A program made the position numbers and the translations under genes. A stretch of 24,000 bases of DNA from positions 35,479-59,478 of the forward strand of contig NZ_JALEKL010000012.1 of assembly GCF_022768985.1 (NCBI RefSeq), written 5' to 3'. Shown here piece after piece: positions 1 to 9,502 of this stretch. Source of the stretch: Methanosphaera sp. (lineage in GTDB: Archaea; Methanobacteriota; Methanobacteria; Methanobacteriales; Methanobacteriaceae). A model generated the notes under the pieces. That model made no database searches. It worked only from the letters and a program-made list of their open reading frames with translations, and was not told the origin of the DNA. How positions within the stretch are numbered: position 1 is the first letter of the stretch; each line of letters begins with the position of its first letter.

Positions 1-611
1 TAGTTTCCTATTTGAAGTCCCTGTGTTGTAAATGGATAGTTTGCAACTTTTGGTGTTGCATCTGTAATATTATTTAGAAGTGTTGATTTTCCAACATTTG
101 GAAATCCTGCAATTACAGCACGTATAGCATTAAAGTTAATGTTTGGCATATTTTTAAGTTCACGTTTTGCAAAGTCAAGGAAGTCAAGTTCATCTTCTAT
201 TCTTTTTACAACAGATACAATTCTTCCATATGCCTCTTTTCTTATTGGTATTGCACTGAGTGAATCAGATTTTCTAATTTGTGATGTATACTGTGCTTGG
301 ATCTGTTTAAGTACACCAAGTGCCCAGAAAACAGCACCAAGAGAATGTTTATACTGATCTATTCCCACCACAATATCTATGTAGTCCTGGTAGAATTCTG
401 GTAATTCCTCAAGTATTGGTGTTTCTGTAATTATACGATTAAATGTTGCATTAATTGTATCACATGCAGTATCTACTCTTACTTCTTCTATTCTTTTTCC
501 TTTAACACGTGGGTGTAGTTTTGAGCTTCTTACCTTTGATGCTGCTCTACTTGCACGGTTAAATCCTTTATCTATCAGCTCATCTGGTGTTGGTATTTGT
601 GGTAATTTCAT
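1..611 (-). CDS. NOG1-family GTP-binding protein, N-terminal ~203 codons (C-terminal part runs off the left edge)
   Basis: My own translation of the minus strand from the ATG at 611-609 gives [26 protein letters not shown]... It stays open to position 1 and ends with [14 protein letters not shown] (G1/Walker A) and YPFTT (G2). It is absent from the ORF track only because it is open-ended. Confidence 0.8.
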   Translation of the reverse strand, partial: MKLPQIPTPDELIDKGFNRASRAASKVRSSKLHPRVKGKRIEEVRVDTACDTINATFNRIITETPILEELPEFYQDYIDIVVGIDQYKHSLGAVFWALGVLKQIQAQYTSQIRKSDSLSAIPIRKEAYGRIVSVVKRIEDELDFLDFAKRELKNMPNINFNAIRAVIAGFPNVGKSTLLNNITDATPKVANYPFTTQGLQIGN

Positions 612-678
612 TTATTACAACTCACTAATTATCATTTTTTATTATTTTATCTATCTTTATTTATCTCAAATTATTATC

Positions 679-2061
679 TTATTGGGATCCACCAACTACA
701 GCTTCAGATACTTTAATATGTGGTCCTCCATCACCTACAGGTGCTGTTTGTCCATCTTTTCCACAGAATCCTACACTTAAATTAAAGTCTGAACCTACAC
801 CTACTACATGATTTAGTATGTCAAGTGTACTTCCAGAGAGTGACACATCACGTAGATGATCTTTAAGTTCTCCATTTTCAATAGTGTATGCTTCATCAGC
901 ATTAAATTGGAATACTCCACGACCAGTATCTACTTGTCCTCCACTTGATCCTTTAAGATAAATACCATCATGCATATCTTCAATTAACTCATCAAATGAT
1001 GAATCACCTGGTTTAATATATGTATTACTCATACGTACAATTGGCTGATCTTTTATTGGTGATCTTGCATTTCCACTTGATTCCATTCCAAGTTTCTGAG
1101 CAGTTTGACGTGAAGAAAGAAGTGATGTTAAAACACCATCTGTTACAAGTGTATTTTTTGATGTTTTTGTTCCTTCAACATCGTATTTATAGTATCCGAA
1201 ACCATCTTTACGTGATGCATCATCAATAACTGTTATTAGTTCTGATCCAATTTTTTCTCCCATCTTATCTTTTAGTATTGAATCGTTTTGAAGTATTATA
1301 TCTGCCTCTGATGCATGTCCTAATGCTTCATGTATAAATACTCCTGCAAGTTCAGAATCAAGTATTACTGGGAACTTTCCACTTGGTGGTGTTTTTGCAT
1401 CAAGAAGACTTATAGCTTTTTTTGAAAGTTCTTCTCCAAATTCATTAAGATCTGCATTTTGAACTATTTCAAATCCTCCAACTCCACCAATGCTGTTGTG
1501 TGAAAATTGCATAATATTTCCTTCATTTGCAACACAATTCATTGAAAAGATTAATCTATTATTATTTGATAGTATATTCATAGATTCTGTACTTAAAAGA
1601 AGGTTTTGTGATTGTGCTTCTGAAAATGTAATACTTGTACTTTTTATTTCATCTGCAACTGCTGCATTATTTGCATCTTTCATTGCCTGGATTTTTTCAT
1701 CAAAGTCTACATCTTCAATTTTAAGTTTTGCTTCTGATTTAACAACATCTTCTTGTGGATTTGCCTTTGTAAGTTCTACATCACTTCTTAGTTTTGATGC
1801 AAGTTGTACAGCTTTTTCTGCTACTTCTTCTACTTTTGATATTTCTGTTGTATATGCTGATCCCCATGCTCCATTTTTAAGTACTCGTATTGATACAGCA
1901 AAGTTTATTCCTGTATCTACATTGTCAATTTTACCATCTTTCATGATGATAGCATTGTTTGTTGAATCTCCTACTCTTATGTCTGCATAGTCTACTTTTG
2001 GGTCTATTTTATCTATTACTTTTTGGAAATAATCCACATCAATTGGATTTGTCATAATCAT
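679..2061 (-). CDS. tldD: TldD/PmbA-family metallopeptidase (TldD-like)
   Basis: The 472-aa ORF (679..2097) contains the HEALGHASEAD (HExxxH) motif and a glycine-rich C-terminus typical of TldD. I place the start at the ATG at 2061 because AAGGGAGG lies 4 nt upstream of it. The track start at 2097 has no SD. Confidence 0.8.
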   Translation of the reverse strand: MIMTNPIDVDYFQKVIDKIDPKVDYADIRVGDSTNNAIIMKDGKIDNVDTGINFAVSIRVLKNGAWGSAYTTEISKVEEVAEKAVQLASKLRSDVELTKANPQEDVVKSEAKLKIEDVDFDEKIQAMKDANNAAVADEIKSTSITFSEAQSQNLLLSTESMNILSNNNRLIFSMNCVANEGNIMQFSHNSIGGVGGFEIVQNADLNEFGEELSKKAISLLDAKTPPSGKFPVILDSELAGVFIHEALGHASEADIILQNDSILKDKMGEKIGSELITVIDDASRKDGFGYYKYDVEGTKTSKNTLVTDGVLTSLLSSRQTAQKLGMESSGNARSPIKDQPIVRMSNTYIKPGDSSFDELIEDMHDGIYLKGSSGGQVDTGRGVFQFNADEAYTIENGELKDHLRDVSLSGSTLDILNHVVGVGSDFNLSVGFCGKDGQTAPVGDGGPHIKVSEAVVGGSQ

Positions 2062-2354
2062 TTTGCCTCCCTTTATAGTTTCTATGTAATATTTCATTTT
2101 TTATGTTAAAATGGGATTTCTAATATTAAATCTGAGAAAAAATATAAAATTTAGTTATAAATTTTAACATAAAAAAGATTCTTCTTTTTATTAAAAAAAT
2201 AGTTTAATTTAATTTTAATTTCTCTTTTCATAATAATACTAAATTTAGTTATATAATAGTTATGTTTTTATATTAATAAATAATTTTTACATATAAATAG
2301 AAAAATACCTGATAACTATTATGAAAAAAATAAGATTTAATAATTTTTTATCTC

Positions 2355-2374
2355 AAAAAAAGATTTAAAAAAAA
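2355..2374 (-). terminator. Oligo-T termination signal downstream of cbiO (T8 and T7 on the minus strand)
   Basis: A7 (2355-2361) and A8 (2367-2374) runs on the plus strand give T-runs on the transcribed minus strand 30-50 nt after the cbiO stop. Archaeal RNAP terminates at oligo-T. Confidence 0.4.
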
Positions 2375-2402
2375 GATGGAGAGTATTAAATTAATTGTAA
2401 AT

Positions 2403-3251
2403 CTATTTATTTAAAAGTTTAAGAACTGCATCGTATGCATCAGCTGCTGTTAGTGGATATCCTTCATATTTGAAATCTACATCAGGATTTTCTGATAGTT
2501 TTTCAAATAATTCTGCAATCCATGGAAGTCTTAGATTTGCTTCTTCTATAGTTGCATGATCTGTAAATACTTCACGACAGTTTCCTTCTTTAATAATTCG
2601 TCCATCTGTTATTACTTTTACATCATCTGAATATAATGGAACTAGATCTACATCGTGTGTTGATATGATAATTGTCATACCTTCACGATTTAGGTCATAT
2701 AGTAGTTGCATTATTTTTGATGCACCTTTAGGGTCAAGTCCACTTGTAGGTTCATCAAGAACCATAATTCTTGGCTGCATTGCAAGAATTCCAGCGATTG
2801 CTACACGTTTCTTTTGACCTCCACTTAGGTGGTGTGGTGCTTTTTTTGTGTAGTCTGCCATTCCTACTTTTTCTAGTGCATCAAGTGATCTTGCTTTTAC
2901 TTCTTCTTCTGATAATCCCATATTCATAGGTCCAAATGATACATCCTCTATTACTGTTGGTGCAAATAGTTGATCATCAGGATTTTGGAAAACAATTCCT
3001 ACCTTGGATCTTGCCTTAAGTAGGCTTTTTTTGTTGTATTTAAGTTCTTCTCCTTCTATTTCAACAGTACCACTTGTTGGCTCGATAATTCCATTGAAGT
3101 GTAGAAAGAGTGTACTTTTTCCTGCTCCATTTGTTCCCATGAGTGATATCATTTCACCTTCATGGATTTGTATGCTGATTCCTTTTAGTGCTTCTGTTCC
3201 ATCAGGATAGTTGTATTTTAAATCTTTTGTTTCTAAAATTATATCGCTCAT
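2403..3251 (-). CDS. cbiO: ECF-type cobalt transporter ATPase component CbiO
   Basis: Carries Walker A GTNGAGKST, ABC signature LSGGQKKR and Walker B IMVLDEPTSGLD. It is the last gene of a cbiM-N-Q-O arrangement. Confidence 0.85.
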   Translation of the reverse strand: MSDIILETKDLKYNYPDGTEALKGISIQIHEGEMISLMGTNGAGKSTLFLHFNGIIEPTSGTVEIEGEELKYNKKSLLKARSKVGIVFQNPDDQLFAPTVIEDVSFGPMNMGLSEEEVKARSLDALEKVGMADYTKKAPHHLSGGQKKRVAIAGILAMQPRIMVLDEPTSGLDPKGASKIMQLLYDLNREGMTIIISTHDVDLVPLYSDDVKVITDGRIIKEGNCREVFTDHATIEEANLRLPWIAELFEKLSENPDVDFKYEGYPLTAADAYDAVLKLLNK

Positions 3252-3325
3252 ATAAAACCCGATTCCTGTTATGATTATACTTAATTTATATTCTTACCTT
3301 ATATTAAATTAGCATCTTTTTTTAT

Positions 3326-4138
3326 CTATACATGTATTAAGTATGGTATTACATTAATTGATCCTGTAATGTATACAAAATACATTAAAGCTACTAAAAA
3401 TACTACAAGTACTATCCAGTGTAGTATTGGTACATCATGTATTGATTCTCCATTATCTACAAATGCTAAAACACCATCATATCCTCGTGCTGCAAGTGCT
3501 TTATACGATGTTTCACCCTGATCCCATGTTCGTATAAATACCATTCCAGCAAGTGATCCGAGACATGTCATCCAGCTTTTATATGATGTATATCCAAGTC
3601 TTGTTTTTTGTGAATTAAACATTGTACTTGTCACATCTAAAAACATGAATATGTATCTATACATTAGTATTGCTAGATCTGTAAATATTGTTGGAAAATG
3701 TAATTCATTAAATATTGCAAATATTCTATTTACAGGTGTTGTTGTTATTAAAAATGCTAGGGCTGAAAATCCACCCATCACCTTAAAGAATACTAAAACT
3801 CCACGATTAAGTCCATCTGCTGTTATTCCCCATCCAAAGAGTCCTAGTGACCATATCTGATCTCCTACTCCGAAGAAGAATGCCATGAAAACTACTGAAA
3901 TTAATGCAAATGCAAATGGTATTGATAGAAATGTAATATAGAATTTCTTTGGAATACCTGCCTTAAATACTGTAAGTATTGAGCAAAATATCAGTAGAAA
4001 TATTGGTGCAATTGGTGAGTTTGCAAATAGGTTTATAATTAATATACTCAAAGCAAAAATTGTCTTATAGTAGATATTACTATCTGTTAGGTTATTATTC
4101 ATTGAATAATAATCCAGTGTATCTTTAAATATTGACAT
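3326..4138 (-). CDS. cbiQ: ECF transporter transmembrane (T) component CbiQ
   Basis: A 270-aa polytopic membrane protein located between cbiN and cbiO. GGTGAT SD lies about 9 nt upstream of the ATG. Confidence 0.8.
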   Translation of the reverse strand: MSIFKDTLDYYSMNNNLTDSNIYYKTIFALSILIINLFANSPIAPIFLLIFCSILTVFKAGIPKKFYITFLSIPFAFALISVVFMAFFFGVGDQIWSLGLFGWGITADGLNRGVLVFFKVMGGFSALAFLITTTPVNRIFAIFNELHFPTIFTDLAILMYRYIFMFLDVTSTMFNSQKTRLGYTSYKSWMTCLGSLAGMVFIRTWDQGETSYKALAARGYDGVLAFVDNGESIHDVPILHWIVLVVFLVALMYFVYITGSINVIPYLIHV

Positions 4139-4180
4139 ATATTAAATCACCATAATAATAATTTAAGAAAATATTTGAGA

Positions 4181-4200
4181 AAAATAAAAATAAAAAAAAA
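4181..4200 (-). terminator. Intra-operon oligo-T tract between cbiN and cbiQ (possible attenuating terminator)
   Basis: The minus strand reads T9-A-T5-A-T4 within the 109-nt cbiN-cbiQ spacer. Confidence 0.3.
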
Positions 4201-4247
4201 TGAGAAAAGTAGGGAGAAGATTTATAGTTAACTAATTAACTTTATAT

Positions 4248-4544
4248 CTATTGTTCTACTTTTCCGCCTCTGTTCCATTTACCGAATACATATCCGATGA
4301 TTAGTCCACCGACAGCTGCTTGTAAACAGAAGATTAAACATTCAATTTCTCCACTAGGTGGTTCCCAGAGTGGTTCTGCCCATACTTCATAGTTAGGGTT
4401 TTGTACCGCTACTTGATCTCCACCTTGATCGTCTGATCCACCGAAGTATCCATCGTCTTCACCGTGACCGTTATATATTGTAAGAGGTGCAACGATTAAT
4501 ACTGCGACAATTATTAATCCGATTATTGTTTTTGTATCAACCAT
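4248..4544 (-). CDS. cbiN: Cobalt transport protein CbiN
   Basis: A 98-aa protein with two TM helices flanking an acidic loop. It carries GGSDDQ and PLWEPPSGEIE motifs characteristic of CbiN. Its start lies 1 nt after the cbiM stop, with GGAGC SD in the cbiM 3' end. Confidence 0.8.
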   Translation of the reverse strand: MVDTKTIIGLIIVAVLIVAPLTIYNGHGEDDGYFGGSDDQGGDQVAVQNPNYEVWAEPLWEPPSGEIECLIFCLQAAVGGLIIGYVFGKWNRGGKVEQ

Positions 4545-4545
4545 T

Positions 4546-5235
4546 TTAATTTGCTCCTGCTTGTTCTTTAGCCAATTCTTCTTGGCTTAATACGTGTAAT
4601 TTTACAAGTATATCTGGTCTTGATTTAAATACGTAGTCGTAAATGATTGTTGTTAATATACCTTCTGCAATTGCAAGTGGTATTTGTGTTACAGCGAAGA
4701 TTCCAAGGAATGTTACAATAGCTGTTGTGATTGATTCACCTGGGAATGCAAGTGAAAGTTGTACTGCTGTTGTTACATATGTTAATAAATCTGCTATAAA
4801 TGCTGTAAAGAACATTGATATTGATGAAGATACATTCATTTTTCTTAGTGCTTTCCATACTAACCATCCACAGAATGGTCCTACAATACCCATTGATACA
4901 ATGTTAGCACCTAAGGTTGTAAGTCCACCGTGTGCAAGAAGGATAGCTTGGAATAATAATACGATTACTGCTAGAACAGCTGTAACTGCAGGGCCAAAGT
5001 ATACTGTACCTAGTCCGTTACCACATGGGTGTGAACAACTTCCTGTTACTGATGGCATTTTTAATGATGATAAAATAAACATGAATGCTCCTGATAATGC
5101 AAGAAGTGGTTTTGCATCGTCAGTTTCTGCAAATGCTTTTTTTATCTGCATTAATCCATAAATTACTACAGGAATAGCTACTATAAACCATACAGCACAC
5201 CATTCTGGAGGCAAGTAACCTTCCATAATGTGCAT
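4546..5235 (-). CDS. cbiM: Cobalt ECF transporter substrate-capture component CbiM
   Basis: The N-terminus MHIMEGYLPPEW is the CbiM signature. The protein is polytopic, and GGAGG SD precedes the ATG. Confidence 0.9.
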   Translation of the reverse strand: MHIMEGYLPPEWCAVWFIVAIPVVIYGLMQIKKAFAETDDAKPLLALSGAFMFILSSLKMPSVTGSCSHPCGNGLGTVYFGPAVTAVLAVIVLLFQAILLAHGGLTTLGANIVSMGIVGPFCGWLVWKALRKMNVSSSISMFFTAFIADLLTYVTTAVQLSLAFPGESITTAIVTFLGIFAVTQIPLAIAEGILTTIIYDYVFKSRPDILVKLHVLSQEELAKEQAGAN

Positions 5236-5682
5236 ATTAGTTTTCCTCCATATAAAATATATTAATTTATGTTTAATTTTTAATTGTAATTATCTCATTT
5301 AATTTTATCTTATTGATACTAAATGATAATTAATTATTGATTTATTAAATAAAATATTTATATATTTTGGTATTGTATTAAAAAAAGGTTGAATTAAACA
5401 ATTTTAAAAAAAAATGATAATAATTAAAAAAGAAGTAATACAAATATATTTAAAATTAATCAATTTAAAAATAATTGTATTTTTTTATAAAAAATATGTT
5501 TTTATTTAATAAGAACTAATTAAAAAAAATTTGTCTACTTTTTAATTTTTTTTGAATAATTTAATATTAAATCTTTTATTATAAATACTCTTCTATAAAA
5601 TTAAATACACATCTTTAAATCTGAAAAACCTACAACTAATAAAAATAAAATTTTTTTACAAATAAAAAATAGAAATAATACT

Positions 5683-6333
5683 ATGAAAGTTAAAAATCAA
5701 ATAATACTAGCATTAGATGTTGAAGAAAAAAACAAGGCATATGAAATACTAGATGCTGTAGAAGACTACCTTGATACAATAAAAATAGGATATCCACTAA
5801 CACTAGCACTTGGACCTGAAATAATTCAGTCAATAAAAAAAGACTACAAAGTAAATATAATAGCAGACTTTAAAGTAGCAGATATCGATGCAACAAATGA
5901 AAAAATAGTAAAAACAACACTTAACTGGGGAGCAGACTCAATAATTGTACATGGATTTACAGGAGAAGATAGTGTTCTTGCATCAAAAAATATGGCAGAA
6001 AAACTAGGAAAAGAAATATTTCTATTAACTGAAATGTCACACCCTGGTGCTGATAAATTCCTAAAACCAGTATCACTTGACATTGCACAGATGGGAGTAG
6101 ATCTTGGAATAAAAAACTATGTAGCTCCTGCAACAAAGCCAGATAGACTAAAAAAAATAAGAGAAGTTGTAGGTGATGATGCATTTATCATATCACCAGG
6201 TGTAGGATTCCAGGGAGGAAGTGCATCTGAAACTCTAAAATACTCAAATGCTGCAATTGTAGGACGTAGTATATATAACTCACAAAATCCAAGAGCATCA
6301 GTTGAGGAAATTATTAATTCTATTAAAATGTGA
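5683..6333 (+). CDS. pyrF: Orotidine 5'-phosphate decarboxylase
   Basis: Motifs ILALDV, IKIGYPL, IADFKVADI..TNEKI, GADSIIVHGFTGEDS and LLTEMSHPGA closely follow the archaeal ODCase pattern. Confidence 0.9.
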   Translation: MKVKNQIILALDVEEKNKAYEILDAVEDYLDTIKIGYPLTLALGPEIIQSIKKDYKVNIIADFKVADIDATNEKIVKTTLNWGADSIIVHGFTGEDSVLASKNMAEKLGKEIFLLTEMSHPGADKFLKPVSLDIAQMGVDLGIKNYVAPATKPDRLKKIREVVGDDAFIISPGVGFQGGSASETLKYSNAAIVGRSIYNSQNPRASVEEIINSIKM

Positions 6334-6870
6334 TCCTATAAATTCATAGGATAAATCAAATAATAGAAAATCAACAAATGTAATTGCACTAAAATTAAAG
6401 TTACAAAACATACTACCAGGTAGATACATATTAACAATACCAATTAATGAAAACAATAGAACTGCTATTTTTAATGCATATCTATACTTAAAGAAGGTTG
6501 TAATAAAACCTCCTTTATTATTTTCAATTTGTTTATCTGAATAATCATTACCCTTCTCATCAACAAATGCAGCAATAGTACATACAACAAGACATACCAG
6601 GCTAAAATGTGGAAATCCTGCAATTGCAAGAATTACAATAAAAAGTATTGCAGAAATTATATGATTAATACTATCAACCTTACTTGCAAGGGCAGTTCCA
6701 ATTAATATACTTAGAAATATACATGCTGCATCTGAATTTGTAACAGATACAAGAAGTGTAAATATAACACATAATATATCTGTTATAATTGCAAGTTTCT
6801 TATTGCCTGCTTCATCCATAAATTCATCAGAAAGTTTCATAAAACATCCTGATGCTGCATAACAAATCAT
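6298..6870 (-). CDS. Hypothetical polytopic membrane protein (about 6 TM helices)
   Basis: A 190-aa hydrophobic ORF 42 nt downstream of dys on the same strand. An alternative start at M11 (6840) has an AGGATG SD-like motif. I recognise no family. Confidence 0.5.
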   Translation of the reverse strand: MICYAASGCFMKLSDEFMDEAGNKKLAIITDILCVIFTLLVSVTNSDAACIFLSILIGTALASKVDSINHIISAILFIVILAIAGFPHFSLVCLVVCTIAAFVDEKGNDYSDKQIENNKGGFITTFFKYRYALKIAVLLFSLIGIVNMYLPGSMFCNFNFSAITFVDFLLFDLSYEFIGSHFNRINNFLN

Positions 6871-6912
6871 GTCAAATAAAATAATAAATCATCCCTATTT
6901 TTTTTATTTTAA

Positions 6913-7833
6913 TTATTTTTCTATTCTATCAAGAGCACCAGCTACAATTAATGGGAAAAGTACTGTTGCATCACCTATTACTGTTACAAGATTTGAACCT
7001 TTCTTTGCCTTTGCCCATGATTTTGCCTCCTCAAGAGGTGCACCACTAAGACTTCCAGATTCACTACGATCAAGTGTTATCTGAATTCCTGCATCTATTC
7101 CACCAGTAAGTATGTTTGATGCAAGTGTGTAATGTTTAGGAAGTCCTCCACCAAGCATACATGCTGTTACTTTTTTAGAATCATATACAAAGTCTGAAAG
7201 ATAGCTCATATCATCAACAGCACTTATTGTAAAATCATGATCTTGACAGTAAATCCATAGTTGTAATCCTATCATACAATCAATAAGACCTGGTGCAAAT
7301 ATTGGCACGTTACGTTTTGCTGCTGTTTTTATGAATGATTCATCATCATCAATATTAAGTCCTATCTGGCGTATGAAGTTTTGTATTGATATTGTTGTAT
7401 ATTCTTCATTTATCTTTGCAAATACTTTCTGTATTTCCTCTTCAAATACTTCAAAATCATCAGCATGTGTGTAGATATCTGCTATTCTTCCAATTCCACT
7501 ATCTTGTAATTCTTCATCTGGTCTTCCTGTTGATTTGTAGTGATTTCCTCCAAATGCTTCTACAAGGTCATGTGTTAGATTTGCTCCACTTGATATTATA
7601 AGATCAACATATCCTTTATCTATCAGATCTCGTACAACTTTACGAAGTCCTCCTGGTATCATTGGTCCTGCAAGACTTAAAAATATTTTTGTATCCTCAT
7701 CTTCTATTGAATCGGCGAGTAGTTTTGTTGCATGTGATATACGTCCTGCTCCAAGTACTCCTGATTCATCAAGTTGTGTTATAAAATCATCTACTGTCAT
7801 ATTTTCTGTAATTTCTAAATGTTTAACTTGCAT
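6913..7833 (-). CDS. dys: Deoxyhypusine synthase
   Basis: The 306-aa product carries GAGRISHATKLL, LSLAGPMIPGGLRK and IISSGANLTHDLVEAFGG, typical of DHS. GGGGT SD lies upstream. Confidence 0.9.
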   Translation of the reverse strand: MQVKHLEITENMTVDDFITQLDESGVLGAGRISHATKLLADSIEDEDTKIFLSLAGPMIPGGLRKVVRDLIDKGYVDLIISSGANLTHDLVEAFGGNHYKSTGRPDEELQDSGIGRIADIYTHADDFEVFEEEIQKVFAKINEEYTTISIQNFIRQIGLNIDDDESFIKTAAKRNVPIFAPGLIDCMIGLQLWIYCQDHDFTISAVDDMSYLSDFVYDSKKVTACMLGGGLPKHYTLASNILTGGIDAGIQITLDRSESGSLSGAPLEEAKSWAKAKKGSNLVTVIGDATVLFPLIVAGALDRIEK

Positions 7834-8152
7834 AATTTTTAAACCCCATTGATTATATCAAAATTTTTTTAGTAATTGTATTATATATTAAAATAAAAGA
7901 AAAAAAAATAATTTTTTTTCATCCATGTTTTGATGAACTTGTTTATTATATAAAATATATTATTTAATATTTAAAATATTTTTATTTTATAATGAATAAT
8001 TTTAAAGAATTTTACAATGTCCCAATATAAAAAGAGAATTCTAATTAAAAAAAAGAGAAGAAAGAAAAAAATTATACTAAAACCTTTTTTTCTATCTGAA
8101 AAGCTGTAGTTTTGCTACTGTATTGTAGTATATTTTTTCTTATATTATATTA

Positions 8153-9037
8153 TTATTTTATTAATGTTACAAGAGTTTTAAGAATATCTGTAAATGTTAT
8201 AACTCCTGCAATTTCTTTACTGTCATCTACAAGTACAAGTGATGATACATTGTTTTGTTGTAGTAGATCCATTGCTGTTGTAAGACGGACATTATCTCTT
8301 GATGTAAGAATTGTTGAATTCATAAATTCTGATGCTTCCCTCATAAGACCATTTTCTGCAACAGTTTTTATAATATCTTCTGCTCGTACAACACCTATTA
8401 TTTCACCATTATCAATTACAGGTGCACTTTTTATATGATTTTCTGAAAATAACTGACAGATCTCTGCTACCTTCATTGTTGATGTTATTGTCTTAACAAC
8501 TGGTGTTGCAACTTCTTTTGCTGCAATATTTGGTATACTTAGTATTGTTTTTGATTTAATAAGAAGTACATTGTCAACATCGTCACGACCTATAATTTTA
8601 CCTAGAATTGTAAGGTTGTTTACTGGTGTTGGCCCAATTTTTATTTCATCATCAAGATCTAGTTGTTTAATATCTCCCATTACAGATATTGTTGCTTCAC
8701 AATCTCCTGGTCTGAGTATACTTGTAAATTCTATTTTATATACAGATATATCTGATACAACTTTTCCATTTACATATATTGGTACATGTATTTCACATGG
8801 ATCATTTACAACATTTAATGTTTGATATGCTTCAAGTGTAGGTTTATATCCACCTCTTGGTCCTGGTACACCCTGAACTAAACCTAAACTACGTAGTGCT
8901 TGCATTTGATTTCTTATTGTTCCTGAATTTCTACCCATAAGTTCTGCTATGCTTTCACACTTAACAGATGTACATTTGGCTTGTCTGTATAGATTTATTA
9001 AACTTTGTAGTATTTCTTTTTGTACAGTAGTAAGCAT
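8153..9037 (-). CDS. Predicted transcriptional regulator: N-terminal winged-helix domain plus C-terminal CBS pair (COG2524-like architecture)
   Basis: The N-terminus reads ESIAELMGRNSGTIRNQMQALRSLGLV..GPRGGYKPT (wHTH). The C-terminus has two CBS-like repeats (APVIDNGEIIGVVRAEDIIK and LVLVDDSKEIAGVITFTDILK). GGTGA SD lies upstream. Confidence 0.75.
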   Translation of the reverse strand: MLTTVQKEILQSLINLYRQAKCTSVKCESIAELMGRNSGTIRNQMQALRSLGLVQGVPGPRGGYKPTLEAYQTLNVVNDPCEIHVPIYVNGKVVSDISVYKIEFTSILRPGDCEATISVMGDIKQLDLDDEIKIGPTPVNNLTILGKIIGRDDVDNVLLIKSKTILSIPNIAAKEVATPVVKTITSTMKVAEICQLFSENHIKSAPVIDNGEIIGVVRAEDIIKTVAENGLMREASEFMNSTILTSRDNVRLTTAMDLLQQNNVSSLVLVDDSKEIAGVITFTDILKTLVTLIK

Positions 9038-9424
9038 TTTATATTCACCATCATCCCCTGACTATTATATGCCCAGTTTATTTTTTTAATAGTAAAATTA
9101 TCTTTTAATTATAAAATAATCCATAATTTTTTTGATTTTATTTTTCATTATAACTAAAAAATCTAATTTTAATATTATAATATTTAAATTTTCTATAATA
9201 AAATTTTTATTATTAATAATGATGATTTTTCAATAAATAGTGATAAATTAATATGAACTTTAAATTCATACTATTTAAAGTAATTAAAAAATATTGAAAA
9301 AATAGAAAAATAATATGGAAACTAGAAATTTATTGAATTTATTATACTAAAGTTTAATTTATTAAGAAACAAAAATAAAAAATATTATATACATATAAAT
9401 TAAGTTTTAAAATAAACGAACATT

Positions 9425-9441
9425 AAAAATATAATATAAAA
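9425..9441 (+). promoter_or_regulatory. Candidate TATA box/BRE for atwA
   Basis: AAAAATATAATATAAAA would place a transcription start near 9462-9468. That is at or past the 9464 ATG, which favours the 9503 start codon. Confidence 0.25.
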
Positions 9442-9502
9442 ATTTTATTTTACTTTAAAAAACATGACATATAAAAAAAAATATTGTATGGGTGTTATTA
9501 TA

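Noticed and set aside
139-357. 72-aa plus-strand ORF near the left edge.
   Set aside because: It is antisense to the open-ended NOG1-family GTPase gene, whose translation is convincing through this region.
1490-1990. 166-aa plus-strand ORF inside tldD. The same pattern occurs as a 172-aa ORF at 4643..5161 inside cbiM, which is surprisingly long for an AT-rich genome.
   Set aside because: Both lie antisense to strongly supported genes in the same relative frame. Their translations are low-complexity (S/T/A/I-rich), and they have no SD and no recognisable motifs. They are typical shadow ORFs created by the codon bias of the real gene.
679-2097. TldD without an adjacent TldE/PmbA partner, considered as an orphan protease or a RiPP-maturation clue.
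   Set aside because: The partner can be encoded elsewhere, and no precursor-peptide-like or modification genes flank it, so nothing in the sequence supports a special role.
5236-5682. I looked for a cobalamin riboswitch or a NikR-type metal-responsive operator upstream of cbiM, and for small ORFs (for example a 31-codon ORF starting at 5415).
   Set aside because: There is no GC-containing structured core and no extended palindrome beyond trivial A/T symmetry (AATTAATT). The small ORF lacks an SD. Nothing is distinguishable from background AT-rich spacer.
9219-9225. C-box-like ATGATGA that could mark a C/D box sRNA in the atwA upstream spacer. A GTGATGA also occurs near 23865.
   Set aside because: No D box (CTGA) lies at the 50-70 nt spacing expected, and there are no terminal complementary ends. 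The 23865 motif lies inside a probable coding region, with CTGA about 110 nt away.
9252-9270. Near-palindrome TATGAA-C-TTTAAA-TTCATA, considered as an independent regulatory site.
   Set aside because: Six-bp A/T-rich arms are expected by chance many times in this composition. I kept it only as a detail within the regulator/atwA finding.
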